Assembly: GCA_026390495.1 (NCBI GenBank)
Contig: JAPLFV010000309.1
Span: 1-43,893, forward strand
Direction of reading: 5' to 3'
Source: Pseudomonadota bacterium
GTDB taxonomy: Bacteria > Bdellovibrionota_B > Oligoflexia > Oligoflexales > RGVZ01
Length of the DNA stretch: 43,893 nucleotides
The notes beneath the pieces were generated by a model. The model saw only the letters and a list, made by a program, of their open reading frames with translations. It was not told the origin of the DNA and did no database searches. Every line of letters begins with the position of its first letter. Positions within the stretch are counted from its first letter, which is position 1. The translations under genes and the position numbers were made by a program. Shown piece after piece: positions 9,951 through 19,388 of this stretch.

Positions 9951-10150
9951 ACCAGCCTCATAGATGCAAATCTTAGGAATATTAAAGTAATTTTAATGAC
10001 ATTGTAGCATACCGGAACAATATGTCATGATTTGACTCATCATAAAATTAAAGTTCCTTGCGTTTAGGATTTTCATCAAAATTGAGAAAGAAATCATGAT
10101 ATTCCAATTTACTGCGCTCACAAGGACCTACCTTAAAGGTTTGAATTTCA

Positions 10151-11416
10151 GTGATTGATTTCATCAAAAAAAAATTCCTAACACTTGACCTTAAAGTAAA
10201 GATCTTTTGCCTCATGTTGATAGGCATGGGAATCATCGATGGTGCATTGGGATTTGGTTTACTTTTATATGGACACGGACTCATTGGCGCGGTCGTAACT
10301 TCTTTAGCAGTGGGCTACCTTCTCATATTTCTGCCATTAAGTTTTACAAGATTCCATTTTGCAAGCCGAGTTATATTGCCCTATTTTTCGGTCGCACTTC
10401 TATTCATTGCAGCGTCATATTACGGACCGGCATTGAACATACATTTCACCATTTTCATCGGGGCCATTTATCCTTTTTTAGTCTTTCAGGCAAAAGAGAC
10501 CAAGGGAATTTTGCTTACATTGCCAGCGCCTATGGTTTTCTTTTTTATCACAGAATTTTACGGCTATAACTCGCTGGATCTTTTTTTCGAAGGGCATTTT
10601 CATATTCCTCAAGTGGGTCCCGGATTGAGTCGGGTGATGCTTCTAACCACATATGCTATCATCTCAACCACCATGTATTTGTTTGTAAATCAAGCCGCGA
10701 AATTTCATGATAATCTTGAAATCGCAAATGAAAATCTCAATCTATTGATAAGAACCATTTCCCATGACATTAAGAATCCATTGATGGTTTCTTCATGGCA
10801 AGCAAGCTTTTTGCAAAAGACTATTCCTGATCACCACAAGCGAATCTCAGCCATTCAACGAGCAAATTCGCAAATTGATACCATTATACAAAATATCAAT
10901 GAGATGCAGAAAGCGAAGTCTGGAAAATTCAGACTCAATTGCGAACGATTTATTGCCAAAGATCTGATGGAAGAAAGCATCTTTATTATTCAAGCGAGAC
11001 TCGACGAAAAGCAAATCGAAATTGAAAAACATTGCTTTGACGACACCATGATATTTGGGAGCAAAGCAATTCTCGCACATTCAATTATCGCCAATATCCT
11101 TAGCAATGCCATCAAGTTTAGCCATATAGGTTCGAAAATTAAATTTACGATCACCAATGAAAACCAACAAAGAACTAAGATTATTATCGAGGATTTTGGG
11201 GTCGGCATTCCTGAGTCCATTCTGCGAATCATTTTTGATTCTTATAAACATACCACGCGCCCAGGGACTACCAATGAGCGTGGATCTGGATTTGGACTTC
11301 CCATTGCAAAGGCTTATCTAGAGGCCATGAATGGTTCCATTTCAATCCAAAGCCAATCTGTACCAAAAAAGGACAAACCAACTGGCACGCTCATAACTAT
11401 TGAGCTTCCTAGCTAG
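10151..11416 (+). CDS. membrane-bound sensor histidine kinase
   Basis: About 190 aa of multi-pass hydrophobic N-terminus, then an H-box (ISHDIKNPL) and HATPase_c N/G boxes (LSNAIKFS, DFGVGI, GSGFGLPIAK). The start codon (GTG) is uncertain. Confidence 0.85.
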   Translation: MIDFIKKKFLTLDLKVKIFCLMLIGMGIIDGALGFGLLLYGHGLIGAVVTSLAVGYLLIFLPLSFTRFHFASRVILPYFSVALLFIAASYYGPALNIHFTIFIGAIYPFLVFQAKETKGILLTLPAPMVFFFITEFYGYNSLDLFFEGHFHIPQVGPGLSRVMLLTTYAIISTTMYLFVNQAAKFHDNLEIANENLNLLIRTISHDIKNPLMVSSWQASFLQKTIPDHHKRISAIQRANSQIDTIIQNINEMQKAKSGKFRLNCERFIAKDLMEESIFIIQARLDEKQIEIEKHCFDDTMIFGSKAILAHSIIANILSNAIKFSHIGSKIKFTITNENQQRTKIIIEDFGVGIPESILRIIFDSYKHTTRPGTTNERGSGFGLPIAKAYLEAMNGSISIQSQSVPKKDKPTGTLITIELPS

Positions 11417-11443
11417 AAAGACATTATTGGACAAATGACTCCA

Positions 11444-12136
11444 TCAAGAATTTAAAAAGCTCCAAATCTCAGAATAAACGGAATCCAAGAATAGCGACCT
11501 GTTTTCAACGGTATCTTGAACGGTCGGAGGCAATTCATCCATAAAGGAGAAATGATTCGCATTTTCGACGATCCTAAAATCGACTAATTTTCTTCCACTC
11601 AACCTGTGCTCAATCATTGCAACTTGAGTTTTCGGGGTGATTTGATCCCTTAATCCAACCCACAACTGAATGGGAGTGATTACCTTTTCAAGAGCATCGG
11701 GAGCCTGAAAATATCCAGTTGCAGGTGCCATTAGAATTAATTTATGAAATTTCAATCCACTAGGACAATCCACTCTATGATTGGCATCCATCCACACCTG
11801 TCCTCCAGCCAAACCTAACAAGAGTGTCGCTCCAATGGAATGACCTATTCCTATCAATGGGAGTTTCGGATCGAGACATTCCCTAGCTGCAGAATGCAGG
11901 CCATCAAGACGAATTTTTAGCGATTCTGCGTTGGGTATAGATGTCGTCAATCGTTCAAAACATGGCGATGCAACATTACAACCATTTCTCACTAAAAATT
12001 CCAGTAGTTTGAGATGCCGAGAAGGATCGCCACCACTTCCTGGAGCAAGTAACACATTGTATTTTGGCGTTTCTGATTGTCCGACAAAAACACTTAAATT
12101 GCCGGCCTTACTTTGGACTGTTTTCGATTTGATCAT
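11444..12136 (-). CDS. alpha/beta-fold hydrolase
   Basis: 230 aa with the nucleophile elbow GIGHSIGA and a C-terminal NANHFSF histidine motif. Confidence 0.6.
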   Translation of the reverse strand: MIKSKTVQSKAGNLSVFVGQSETPKYNVLLAPGSGGDPSRHLKLLEFLVRNGCNVASPCFERLTTSIPNAESLKIRLDGLHSAARECLDPKLPLIGIGHSIGATLLLGLAGGQVWMDANHRVDCPSGLKFHKLILMAPATGYFQAPDALEKVITPIQLWVGLRDQITPKTQVAMIEHRLSGRKLVDFRIVENANHFSFMDELPPTVQDTVENRSLFLDSVYSEIWSFLNS

Positions 12137-12280
12137 TTATGAAACCCCCTAGTCACTCAACAAAGAAGTTTTGAAACTGTTCGGCATTCAAGCCGTATAA
12201 AATGCTCCGTTATTATTTTTTCACTAGCAAATTCGCGGACAGAATTCTTCCTCGACAGTCCTTTGCCATACATTTCAATC

Positions 12281-13285
12281 CTACTCAACTGGATAGGGTT
12301 CATTGGAAAACTGAACTGAATGGTATCCCTTAGATCCAGTCGATTTTGCGAGTTGACTCCTCGGATCTTCATTTCGTGAAAGTTTTCCAATTAAAAATTC
12401 GAAATCGTATTTAGGTTGCCACCCAAGCTCATTTCTTATCCGATCACTAACATAGACTCGGTCTATATGAGAAAAAATTTTCCACCCGCGGCGACTATAT
12501 TCAAATTCATAGCCTGGAATTATTCGCCTAAGTACCTTCAACGCGTCGTTCGCTAGGTCTGATAAATCACTTTTTTCAAAAGGTGTTTTAGCGCTAACGA
12601 TATACTTGCGAAATCCAATAGATAAAGCTTGTTTTGCTGCCAAAATATGAGCACTTACTACATCCTCAATCTCCACACGGCGATATAGGAATTCATTCAT
12701 TTTCAAGTTTTCATTTGAATACTCAGCACGAGAATCCTTATTGTCATCGTCTTCAGGAAAGAAGCGTGACGTGCGAAGAACTATGCAAGCAAGACCATTG
12801 TTTCTATGAAATAACTGGCAAAGATCCTCTGCAGCCAATTTAGTTGCTCCATAAATATTTTTTGGAATTGGACATAAATCTTCTGTCACCCAAACTGCAG
12901 GTGTTCCGTCCTTAGACGCCATTGCATCGCCAAAAACACTCGTGGTGCTTGTAAAAACAAAGGCATGTACTGATGCTTTTGTTGCTTCCTCTAAAAGATT
13001 TAGTGTGCCTGTGATATTTGTATCAATAAAATCTTGCTTGGTATGAGTCGCAATATGTGGCTTATGAAGCGTTGCAGCATGCAAAACGGTTTCAACACCT
13101 GTCATGCAAGATTTAACGAATTTTCGATTCACGATCGATCCTATATTCGTTGTAAAAGGTCCAGCAATCATGTCCACGCCAACAACATCCCGACCCAAAT
13201 CTTTTAACGTTCGCGCCAGAGCTTCACCAAGGTGCCCACTACTTCCTGTTACTAGAACTCGCGACAAATTTTCAACTCCATACAA
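12281..13285 (-). CDS. NAD-dependent epimerase/dehydratase (extended SDR)
   Basis: 334 aa with a Rossmann motif (VLVTGSSGHLG) and the catalytic YGATK (YxxxK). Confidence 0.8.
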   Translation of the reverse strand: MYGVENLSRVLVTGSSGHLGEALARTLKDLGRDVVGVDMIAGPFTTNIGSIVNRKFVKSCMTGVETVLHAATLHKPHIATHTKQDFIDTNITGTLNLLEEATKASVHAFVFTSTTSVFGDAMASKDGTPAVWVTEDLCPIPKNIYGATKLAAEDLCQLFHRNNGLACIVLRTSRFFPEDDDNKDSRAEYSNENLKMNEFLYRRVEIEDVVSAHILAAKQALSIGFRKYIVSAKTPFEKSDLSDLANDALKVLRRIIPGYEFEYSRRGWKIFSHIDRVYVSDRIRNELGWQPKYDFEFLIGKLSRNEDPRSQLAKSTGSKGYHSVQFSNEPYPVE

Positions 13286-13510
13286 TGAAAAAAATGCACA
13301 ACGATTTTATGGGTGCGCGTGAACCTACATTTGCAGATAAACTATGACTTACCAGCCATATCAAATATCAGTGTTTTATAAATCAAGTCAAAGAATGAGC
13401 AAATTTTTTTGGTGACCTTCTCAATGAAAATCTAAAATTATCAAAATACCTCCTAAATGCGGAATCTGTATTTTTCGTGCTGAATTGCAAATTTTCTTGA
13501 CTTGTTTTTA

Positions 13511-13534
13511 ATATGTGACTAAAAGGTCACATAT
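13511..13534. promoter_or_regulatory. 9-6-9 perfect inverted repeat, candidate ArsR-family operator
   Basis: ATATGTGAC-taaaag-GTCACATAT ends 1 nt before the GGAGG RBS of the ArsR-type gene, whose ATG is at 13544. Confidence 0.5.
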
Positions 13535-13543
13535 GGAGGCGCC

Positions 13544-13858
13544 ATGGATGACGTGTTTAAGGCACTAGCAGACTCTAACCGCAGGAAGATTTTGGACATA
13601 GTCAGAGATCAGCCAGGAATCAATGTAAATGACTTAAGCCAGTTTTTTGACTTCTCACGCTTTGCAACAATGAAGCATCTAAAGATTTTGCAGGAAGCCA
13701 AACTGGTTCTCAGTTCAAAGGATGGAAAAGAAAAAAACCTGTTCATCAACGCTGTTCCTATTCAAACGATTTACGAGCGCTGGATTAGAAACTACGAGGG
13801 GCATTGGGCCTCCTCGTTAATAAAATTGAAAGGTCGCATAGAGGAGGACAACTCATGA
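13544..13858 (+). CDS. ArsR/SmtB-family winged-helix transcriptional regulator
   Basis: 104 aa. FKALADSNRRKILDIV ... ATMKHLKILQEAKLV is a typical ArsR HTH. Its stop overlaps the next gene's start (ATGA). Confidence 0.85.
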   Translation: MDDVFKALADSNRRKILDIVRDQPGINVNDLSQFFDFSRFATMKHLKILQEAKLVLSSKDGKEKNLFINAVPIQTIYERWIRNYEGHWASSLIKLKGRIEEDNS

Positions 13859-14289
13859 ACAGTTTTCAGATCGAACAAGAAATCAAAATTAATGCAAATC
13901 CAGAAAAAGTGTTTGCGCATCTCACAAACGACGTTAGCTCCTGGTGGGACCACGGATTCATTCAAAATCCGAAAGCCATCATATTGGAACCAAAAATCGG
14001 AGGACGTTTCTACGAAGATCATGGAAACGGAAACGGTGCATTGTATTGCACGGTGATCTATGTTGAAGCTAACAAAAAACTCGTTATGCAAGGATCCATG
14101 GGAATGCGCGGAGCGGTCTTTGGAAACATTTCTTTTGAGTTGACCGTGCAAGGTGACTCAACTTTATTAAATCTATCTCACCGGGCATTTGGTGATGTTT
14201 CAGATGAGCACAAATCAATGTACTCAAAAGGATGGCAAGATTTATTGGGTAAGCGACTCAAGACTTTAGTCGAGAAGGGATCCCTTTGA
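13855..14289 (+). CDS. SRPBCC / AHSA1-like domain protein
   Basis: I prefer the internal ATG at 13855 (MNSFQIEQEIKINANPEKVF...). The ArsR + SRPBCC pairing is a common two-gene arrangement. The longer track ORF (13804) overlaps the ArsR gene. Confidence 0.7.
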   Translation: MNSFQIEQEIKINANPEKVFAHLTNDVSSWWDHGFIQNPKAIILEPKIGGRFYEDHGNGNGALYCTVIYVEANKKLVMQGSMGMRGAVFGNISFELTVQGDSTLLNLSHRAFGDVSDEHKSMYSKGWQDLLGKRLKTLVEKGSL

Positions 14290-14336
14290 ATTGCATTGGC
14301 AAGATCTTTGTTTGCCCGAAAGGGCATTCGAGAGAT

Positions 14337-14393
14337 CCTAACTTATTGCTATTACACTGGAAAGTAATGGCGTCCCCAAGGGGATTCGAACCC
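14337..14393 (-). repeat. attL-type direct repeat containing an orphan copy of the last 26 nt of tRNA-Glu
   Basis: 57 bp, matching 25983..26039 at 56 of 57 positions (single mismatch: 14357 C versus 26003 A). Positions 14368..14393 equal the 3' acceptor/T-arm of the tRNA-Glu gene, CCA included. Confidence 0.9.
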
Positions 14394-14649
14394 TAACCTT
14401 ATGATTTTACAAGATTATTCCAACAACCCTAAACCATTGAGATTCTTGCACTACTGATCGAATTGCTGACGTCTATGGAGTCCATTGAATCCATTTAATT
14501 CTCTTCATTGCTCTCCCCTTTTTTGTACTAATCTAGAACGGATTTCAAAAACATTGATCATAGAATCAGTGGTTGTTTATATTATGGGCAAACGGGCAGT
14601 TATTTTGCCTTGGTAAGTTATACTTCAATTGATACAAATATAAGTCAGT

Positions 14650-15927
14650 ATGACAATTCCGCAAGATATAGACAATCTGCTTTCAATACGCTCGGAGACC
14701 GAACGTTTGGAGTTTAAAGCAGCTCAAAACAAATTTAGTTTTGAGCTGCTAGTAGACTATTGCGTGGCATTAGCAAATGAAGGCGGAGGTCGAATCATAC
14801 TCGGTATAACCGATAAGTATCCTAGAAAAGTTGTGGGAACATCTGCCTTCGAAATCCCTGAAAGAACAGTCTCAGGAATTTACGAAAGAATCGGCATCAA
14901 GGTGTCCTTTGAGGAGATCCAGCATCCGAGCGGAAGGGTTCTCATATTTCACGCACCTTCTCGTCCCAATGGAGCACCTATTCATCATAATGGTCGCTAT
15001 CTGATGCGTGCAGGTGACTCTCTTGTGCCAATGTCGCAAGATCAGCTTAGGTCCATCATCAAAGAAGGGGAAATGGAATGGACTTCACAAGCGGCAATGG
15101 TTAATTGCAGTGGGGATCAAGTCGTCCTGCTCCTTGATACACAATGCTATTTTGACTTGATGCAGTTACCCTATCCTGCAACGAGAGAATCTGTGCTTAG
15201 CCGTCTAGCCAACGAAAAGCTGATTTTCCAATCCTCTGATACTTGGACCATATCCAACTTGGGCGCAATTTTATTTGCAAAAAAGCTAGAGCAATTTGAT
15301 GGTTTATACCGTAAAGCACCAAGACTGATTTTGTATGAAGGATCCGATAAACTTAAGACAAAGACAGACAAGTCTATTAACAAGGGATATGCCGTTGCAT
15401 TTCAGCCGTTTGTTGAGCAGATTACCTCCGTCATGGTTGAAATTTATCAAAACAGGATTGAAATCTCGAATCCTGGTACTCCATTTATTTCACCCGATCG
15501 ATTCATCGATGAATACAAATCTAGAAACGAGCGTCTCGCTGATTTAATGAGACGGTTGGGCATTTGCGAAGAAAAGGGTAGTGGTATTGATAAAGTCATC
15601 AATACAGTGGAGTTATACCAACTTGCAGCGCCAGATTTTCGACTCGGAGAAAGGCGAATGTCCGTGGTATTATTTTCACATACGAACATAGATGATATGG
15701 ATCGCAATGATCGAATACGAGCCTGCTATCAGCATTGCTGTCTACGGTATGTCACCAATTCTAGAATGACCAACCAAAGTTTGAGAGACCGATTCAGTTT
15801 GCCTGATAGCAAGAGTGCGACTGTGTCACAAATTATTTCTGCAACCGCTGAAGCTGGAAAAATTAAGCCTGTAGATAAAAATCAATCCTCCACTCGATAT
15901 CGTTCTTATGTGCCATTTTGGGCGTAG
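14650..15927 (+). CDS. AlbA_2 (Schlafen-like) domain protein with a RecG-C-like HATPase_c_4 region and a C-terminal wHTH
   Basis: The N-terminus (ETERLEFKAA ... ALANEGGGRIILGITDK) is the AlbA_2 signature. RIEISNPG ... SRNERLADLMRRLGICEEKGSGIDKV matches the HATPase_c_4 block. Confidence 0.7.
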   Translation: MTIPQDIDNLLSIRSETERLEFKAAQNKFSFELLVDYCVALANEGGGRIILGITDKYPRKVVGTSAFEIPERTVSGIYERIGIKVSFEEIQHPSGRVLIFHAPSRPNGAPIHHNGRYLMRAGDSLVPMSQDQLRSIIKEGEMEWTSQAAMVNCSGDQVVLLLDTQCYFDLMQLPYPATRESVLSRLANEKLIFQSSDTWTISNLGAILFAKKLEQFDGLYRKAPRLILYEGSDKLKTKTDKSINKGYAVAFQPFVEQITSVMVEIYQNRIEISNPGTPFISPDRFIDEYKSRNERLADLMRRLGICEEKGSGIDKVINTVELYQLAAPDFRLGERRMSVVLFSHTNIDDMDRNDRIRACYQHCCLRYVTNSRMTNQSLRDRFSLPDSKSATVSQIISATAEAGKIKPVDKNQSSTRYRSYVPFWA

Positions 15928-16391
15928 TTTTGTTTAAAATCAAAAGCTCAAAATAGGCTAAAATTTTCCTAATCTTGCCCCCTCCTTCAAAGGAGTTATG
16001 CACTCGCACTAAAACGTAAAGATAAGCTTGCGTTTGACAAGGGCCAAAAGTTGGGCAATCTGTAAGTAAATTTAACGACTTAATAGGATATCTCGCTTCT
16101 CTCCCAAGCTTCAAAAGAAATGACATGCCGGATTTGCTGTCCTTTGCTTCAGGTATACATGTTGGTAACAACTGATTAAATTTTAATTACTTGATACGCT
16201 TCGATACAACTATCGATAATAGTAACCCGATCAATCTCTATCAATCTGTCTATGGGGCGAGGTTTAATGCTTCAGCGCCGTGTCCTATAAATCCCTTTGT
16301 TAAAAATCGTTCAAACAGAGAGCTAAACAAAGCAGAATTTACATCACTTTCGGTGAAATATCCTTTGTCATCTCGATGACTGATACCGCAT

Positions 16392-17195
16392 TCACGACTC
16401 ATACTTCTTAATTTCGTCATGTAGAGCTTTACGACGAATTGGGGCCTCGTAAATTTCATCAAGAAGGTGACGAAACAGGGCCGAGGTTGCGCTATAAAGC
16501 TTTGCATCATATTCCAGTTGTTTAGGGAAATTAATCGGATTTGGATGTCCGGCATCGTTACCAAGGTTCCTAATCGTTTTAAACAACTCGGTATCTAAAT
16601 TCAGTGCCCATTTCGGCGCCGTGCCTTTCTTAATATCATTTTCAAGCATTGTGATTTTGTTACCGCACGTCCCTTTATTGTATCCATTGTCCGCCAAAAG
16701 CGCGTCTATCGCTGACCTATGCATAATAACAGCGGCACTATGAGCACCAATGTTGGCGCTACAAAATGCCTGATCCAAATAATATTTTACAACTTCAGGT
16801 GTATTCGATGTACCTGGACCTCCTCCATGTTCATACAATGTCAAAAGTGAGTGTCCTCTTTGTGAGCGATGGATCAGCATCACTACACGCGCATTACAAT
16901 TAAGACAATTTCCACGCAACCCAACATCGATAAAAGTTTCAATTATAAAATCACTTATAGATTTGCTCTTTTGTCCATTCAATTTAGCTAAAGATATGCT
17001 CTTTGAAAAATCCAACTGATTCTTATGAATACTTTGCCAACTTCCGATGCTTTGTTTGAATGAGTGACGTTGAATATTTTTGCATAAAGCGCAATGGAGT
17101 AAGCCACTAAAACTTTGGTCGTTGTTTAGTCCGCTGTTACATCGTTCGATCAAAATCTTTACCAATGAATCCAAAGAATCTATCTGTACTGACAT
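16392..17195 (-). CDS. DUF4145-domain protein with an N-terminal Cys-pair (Zn-ribbon-like) region
   Basis: 267 aa. The C-terminal part (AAVIMHRSAIDALLADNGY ... TIRNLGNDAGHP) fits the DUF4145 helical pattern ending in GNxxxH. The N-terminal CALC and CLNC pairs suggest a zinc ribbon. Confidence 0.6.
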   Translation of the reverse strand: MSVQIDSLDSLVKILIERCNSGLNNDQSFSGLLHCALCKNIQRHSFKQSIGSWQSIHKNQLDFSKSISLAKLNGQKSKSISDFIIETFIDVGLRGNCLNCNARVVMLIHRSQRGHSLLTLYEHGGGPGTSNTPEVVKYYLDQAFCSANIGAHSAAVIMHRSAIDALLADNGYNKGTCGNKITMLENDIKKGTAPKWALNLDTELFKTIRNLGNDAGHPNPINFPKQLEYDAKLYSATSALFRHLLDEIYEAPIRRKALHDEIKKYES

Positions 17196-17562
17196 GTTAA
17201 CCCACCTTAATCTGGCTGCCCAGTCATTGAAAACACGATTTTACGAAGATTCTAAAAAATGTGCAACAAAACACATAGGGCACGATTTACCAATCTTTGT
17301 TAGAAAAAAGGACTATATCAAGATTAAATGCACGTTAATGTCAACTGCCAGATATCGTAAAAATATGGCAGAAATCGCTATTCACATAATGGCAATACGC
17401 ATCTCGTTTTTAGTGAAGCCAAGTGAAAAATAGAATGATGCAATAATGAAAATTTTAAAATTTCCAAAATAGTGAATGTTGAATTTGAGGCCCTAGCATT
17501 TGGTCTCTTTTATGAATACTAGTGATTGGCTTGAGGGATTGAAGTTCACATCATTAAATACT

Positions 17563-19296
17563 TTATACTTCCCTACGTAAGGGTAACCCAGCAGCCCGCA
17601 AGGCAGCATTCCAGGAACCAAATTTTGCCCTGTACCAAGCCATTGGTGGGGCCCATTCCACAAAATTCCTGTAGTGACTTCCTTTGCCCAATAATGGCTT
17701 TCCGCTTTCGCGGTAAGCTAATTGCAATATCTCAATAGCCTCTTTTTTACTTAACTTTCGAGACCTGCCTGCATCTGGCCTTCGAGATTTCAAATTGCAC
17801 CACTTCAGCCAAATGGAATAGGTTCCTGCTCTCTTAACCAAAACACCCAAATTTGGGAAATTTTTTAATCCCCGAACTTCATTGGCTGCAGGTACCTTCC
17901 CTTTGCATTGCTTCTTTACATAGTTTTTAAACACAGAAATTAACTGTTTGTCAGTGAGTTGCCTCCAATAGGCACTTGGAATTAAACTTCCTACAGCGAT
18001 AAGTGCGTTGGAATAATTTCCAAAAACTCGAGCGTATATCGCAGATGACATCAATCCATTCACAGGAGATAATTCGCGCTGTTTTGGAAATCTCCCGTGT
18101 TTAGCTTTAAAACAACGCAAATCATCTAACAATTCCTTCTTAGTAGGCAAACCTGCCTCCCTACTTATAGAATCTGTCATGCGCAAAATCGCTCTAATCC
18201 TTCGCAAAAGGAACTTCTTTCTTCGTGAATTTGATTTTTCAATTCTTTCGACTAGTTCGTCTGAGTAAACAAACCGCACTCTAGAGTCGCTAAATGACCC
18301 TCTATTGAGGCACCAAAACTCAATTCGTTTAAATACCTTGCTTCTAAGAAAACGATTAAGTTGTGCATTTGTATGAGATTCGTGAAAATAGGAAGACAGC
18401 TTTGCATCTATACCTAACTTAATGCTAGGTATATAGATATCTATGGAATTCCCGCGACTTTTGAGGAATTGGATTTGTTTTAAAACATTTCCTTTGCCAT
18501 AAATTTCTACTGCAATTTCATAGCATGTCTTTTCCCAAACTTTCCATAAGCGTCCTCCAACGCCAGCCCTCGGCTTGAGACCTGCGGCCGTAACAGCCTT
18601 CGACCAGGAGCCTCCAAACAATTTTGATATTTGAGAACCTGAGGGCCACAGGTTTAAGTGATCGTAGATTTGACGAGATGGGGTGGTTCCCAGTTTCTCA
18701 GAGGCCAGGCGAATTGCCTCCAGAGACCGTTTTTTAGTCGCCACATTTAAGTCGATTCCAGCAAGCCGAAATGCATTTTTCTTCCCATTGAGGCGCTTCA
18801 TAATGGTTGAATAGTCAGGTCCATTTGAAAAATCTGAAAGAATTGGCGGCCTGCCAAGACCACTCGCCAAATCTTTCAAATACGCAATCAGATCCTCATC
18901 TGAATATCTTTTAAATGTGCATTTTCGACACCAAGAGCCTCCCTTGAATTTGCCAACTGGAACTTTCCATTTGTGACCCATGGCACAAACAATACTTAAT
19001 TTTGTATTGTTTCTAATTGGTGTTGGAAGTGGCCCTAAAAGTTTACCTTTTCTTTCGCGAACCATCTTTAAAACAAATTCAGCAGAAACCGGATCTCTCC
19101 TGGCACAGGTTGGGCACCCAGTGCCACCCCACTTAAGATTCCCAAACTTCGCTTCAAAGAGATGGTCTGATTTACATTTGACCTTAATTTTTGTGTGACA
19201 ATTTTTGTATTGTCCACGCAATTCAAAACCCCTCTTTTTAAGTACGCTTTCGACATCGCTTTGTGAAAGAGGTCTCAATTTTTTATCTACCTTCAA
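17563..19296 (-). CDS. zinc-ribbon + homing-endonuclease-associated-repeat (HEAR) protein with a central PD-(D/E)xK-like motif
   Basis: 577 aa. Two treble-clef-like ribbons: C41/H45...C61xxC64 and C104/H108...C123xxC126. At least four HEAR-like units end in FGGSWSKAVTAAGL, FGNYSNALIAVG, FGSWNAALRAAGL and NAFRLAGI. The central region reads E260...D286(IDIY)...D297-A-K299. Confidence 0.55.
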   Translation of the reverse strand: MKVDKKLRPLSQSDVESVLKKRGFELRGQYKNCHTKIKVKCKSDHLFEAKFGNLKWGGTGCPTCARRDPVSAEFVLKMVRERKGKLLGPLPTPIRNNTKLSIVCAMGHKWKVPVGKFKGGSWCRKCTFKRYSDEDLIAYLKDLASGLGRPPILSDFSNGPDYSTIMKRLNGKKNAFRLAGIDLNVATKKRSLEAIRLASEKLGTTPSRQIYDHLNLWPSGSQISKLFGGSWSKAVTAAGLKPRAGVGGRLWKVWEKTCYEIAVEIYGKGNVLKQIQFLKSRGNSIDIYIPSIKLGIDAKLSSYFHESHTNAQLNRFLRSKVFKRIEFWCLNRGSFSDSRVRFVYSDELVERIEKSNSRRKKFLLRRIRAILRMTDSISREAGLPTKKELLDDLRCFKAKHGRFPKQRELSPVNGLMSSAIYARVFGNYSNALIAVGSLIPSAYWRQLTDKQLISVFKNYVKKQCKGKVPAANEVRGLKNFPNLGVLVKRAGTYSIWLKWCNLKSRRPDAGRSRKLSKKEAIEILQLAYRESGKPLLGKGSHYRNFVEWAPPMAWYRAKFGSWNAALRAAGLPLRREV

Positions 19297-19388
19297 AAGA
19301 AATTACCTGATCAGAGATCGCCACTCTATTTAGTGTATCAATAAATTAGGCACCAATTCTATCTCGGTTAAAATTTGTTTATTCTGTA

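Noticed and set aside
13804-13854. N-terminal extension of the SRPBCC ORF overlapping the ArsR gene
   Set aside because: The extension is the alternative frame of the ArsR 3' end. The ATGA-coupled start at 13855 gives a typical SRPBCC N-terminus.
15863-16564. Minus-strand ORFs 15863..16171 (102 aa) and 16250..16564 (104 aa), and plus-strand ORF 16191..16379, in or next to the gap after the AlbA_2 gene
   Set aside because: They overlap neighbouring real genes or each other, lack an RBS and have no motifs. I treat the region as non-coding (see the finding on long gaps).
17080-17433. 117-aa plus-strand ORF spanning the DUF4145 gene start and the upstream gap
   Set aside because: It overlaps the DUF4145 gene in antisense, has no RBS, and its Lys/Ile-rich composition just reflects AT-rich DNA.
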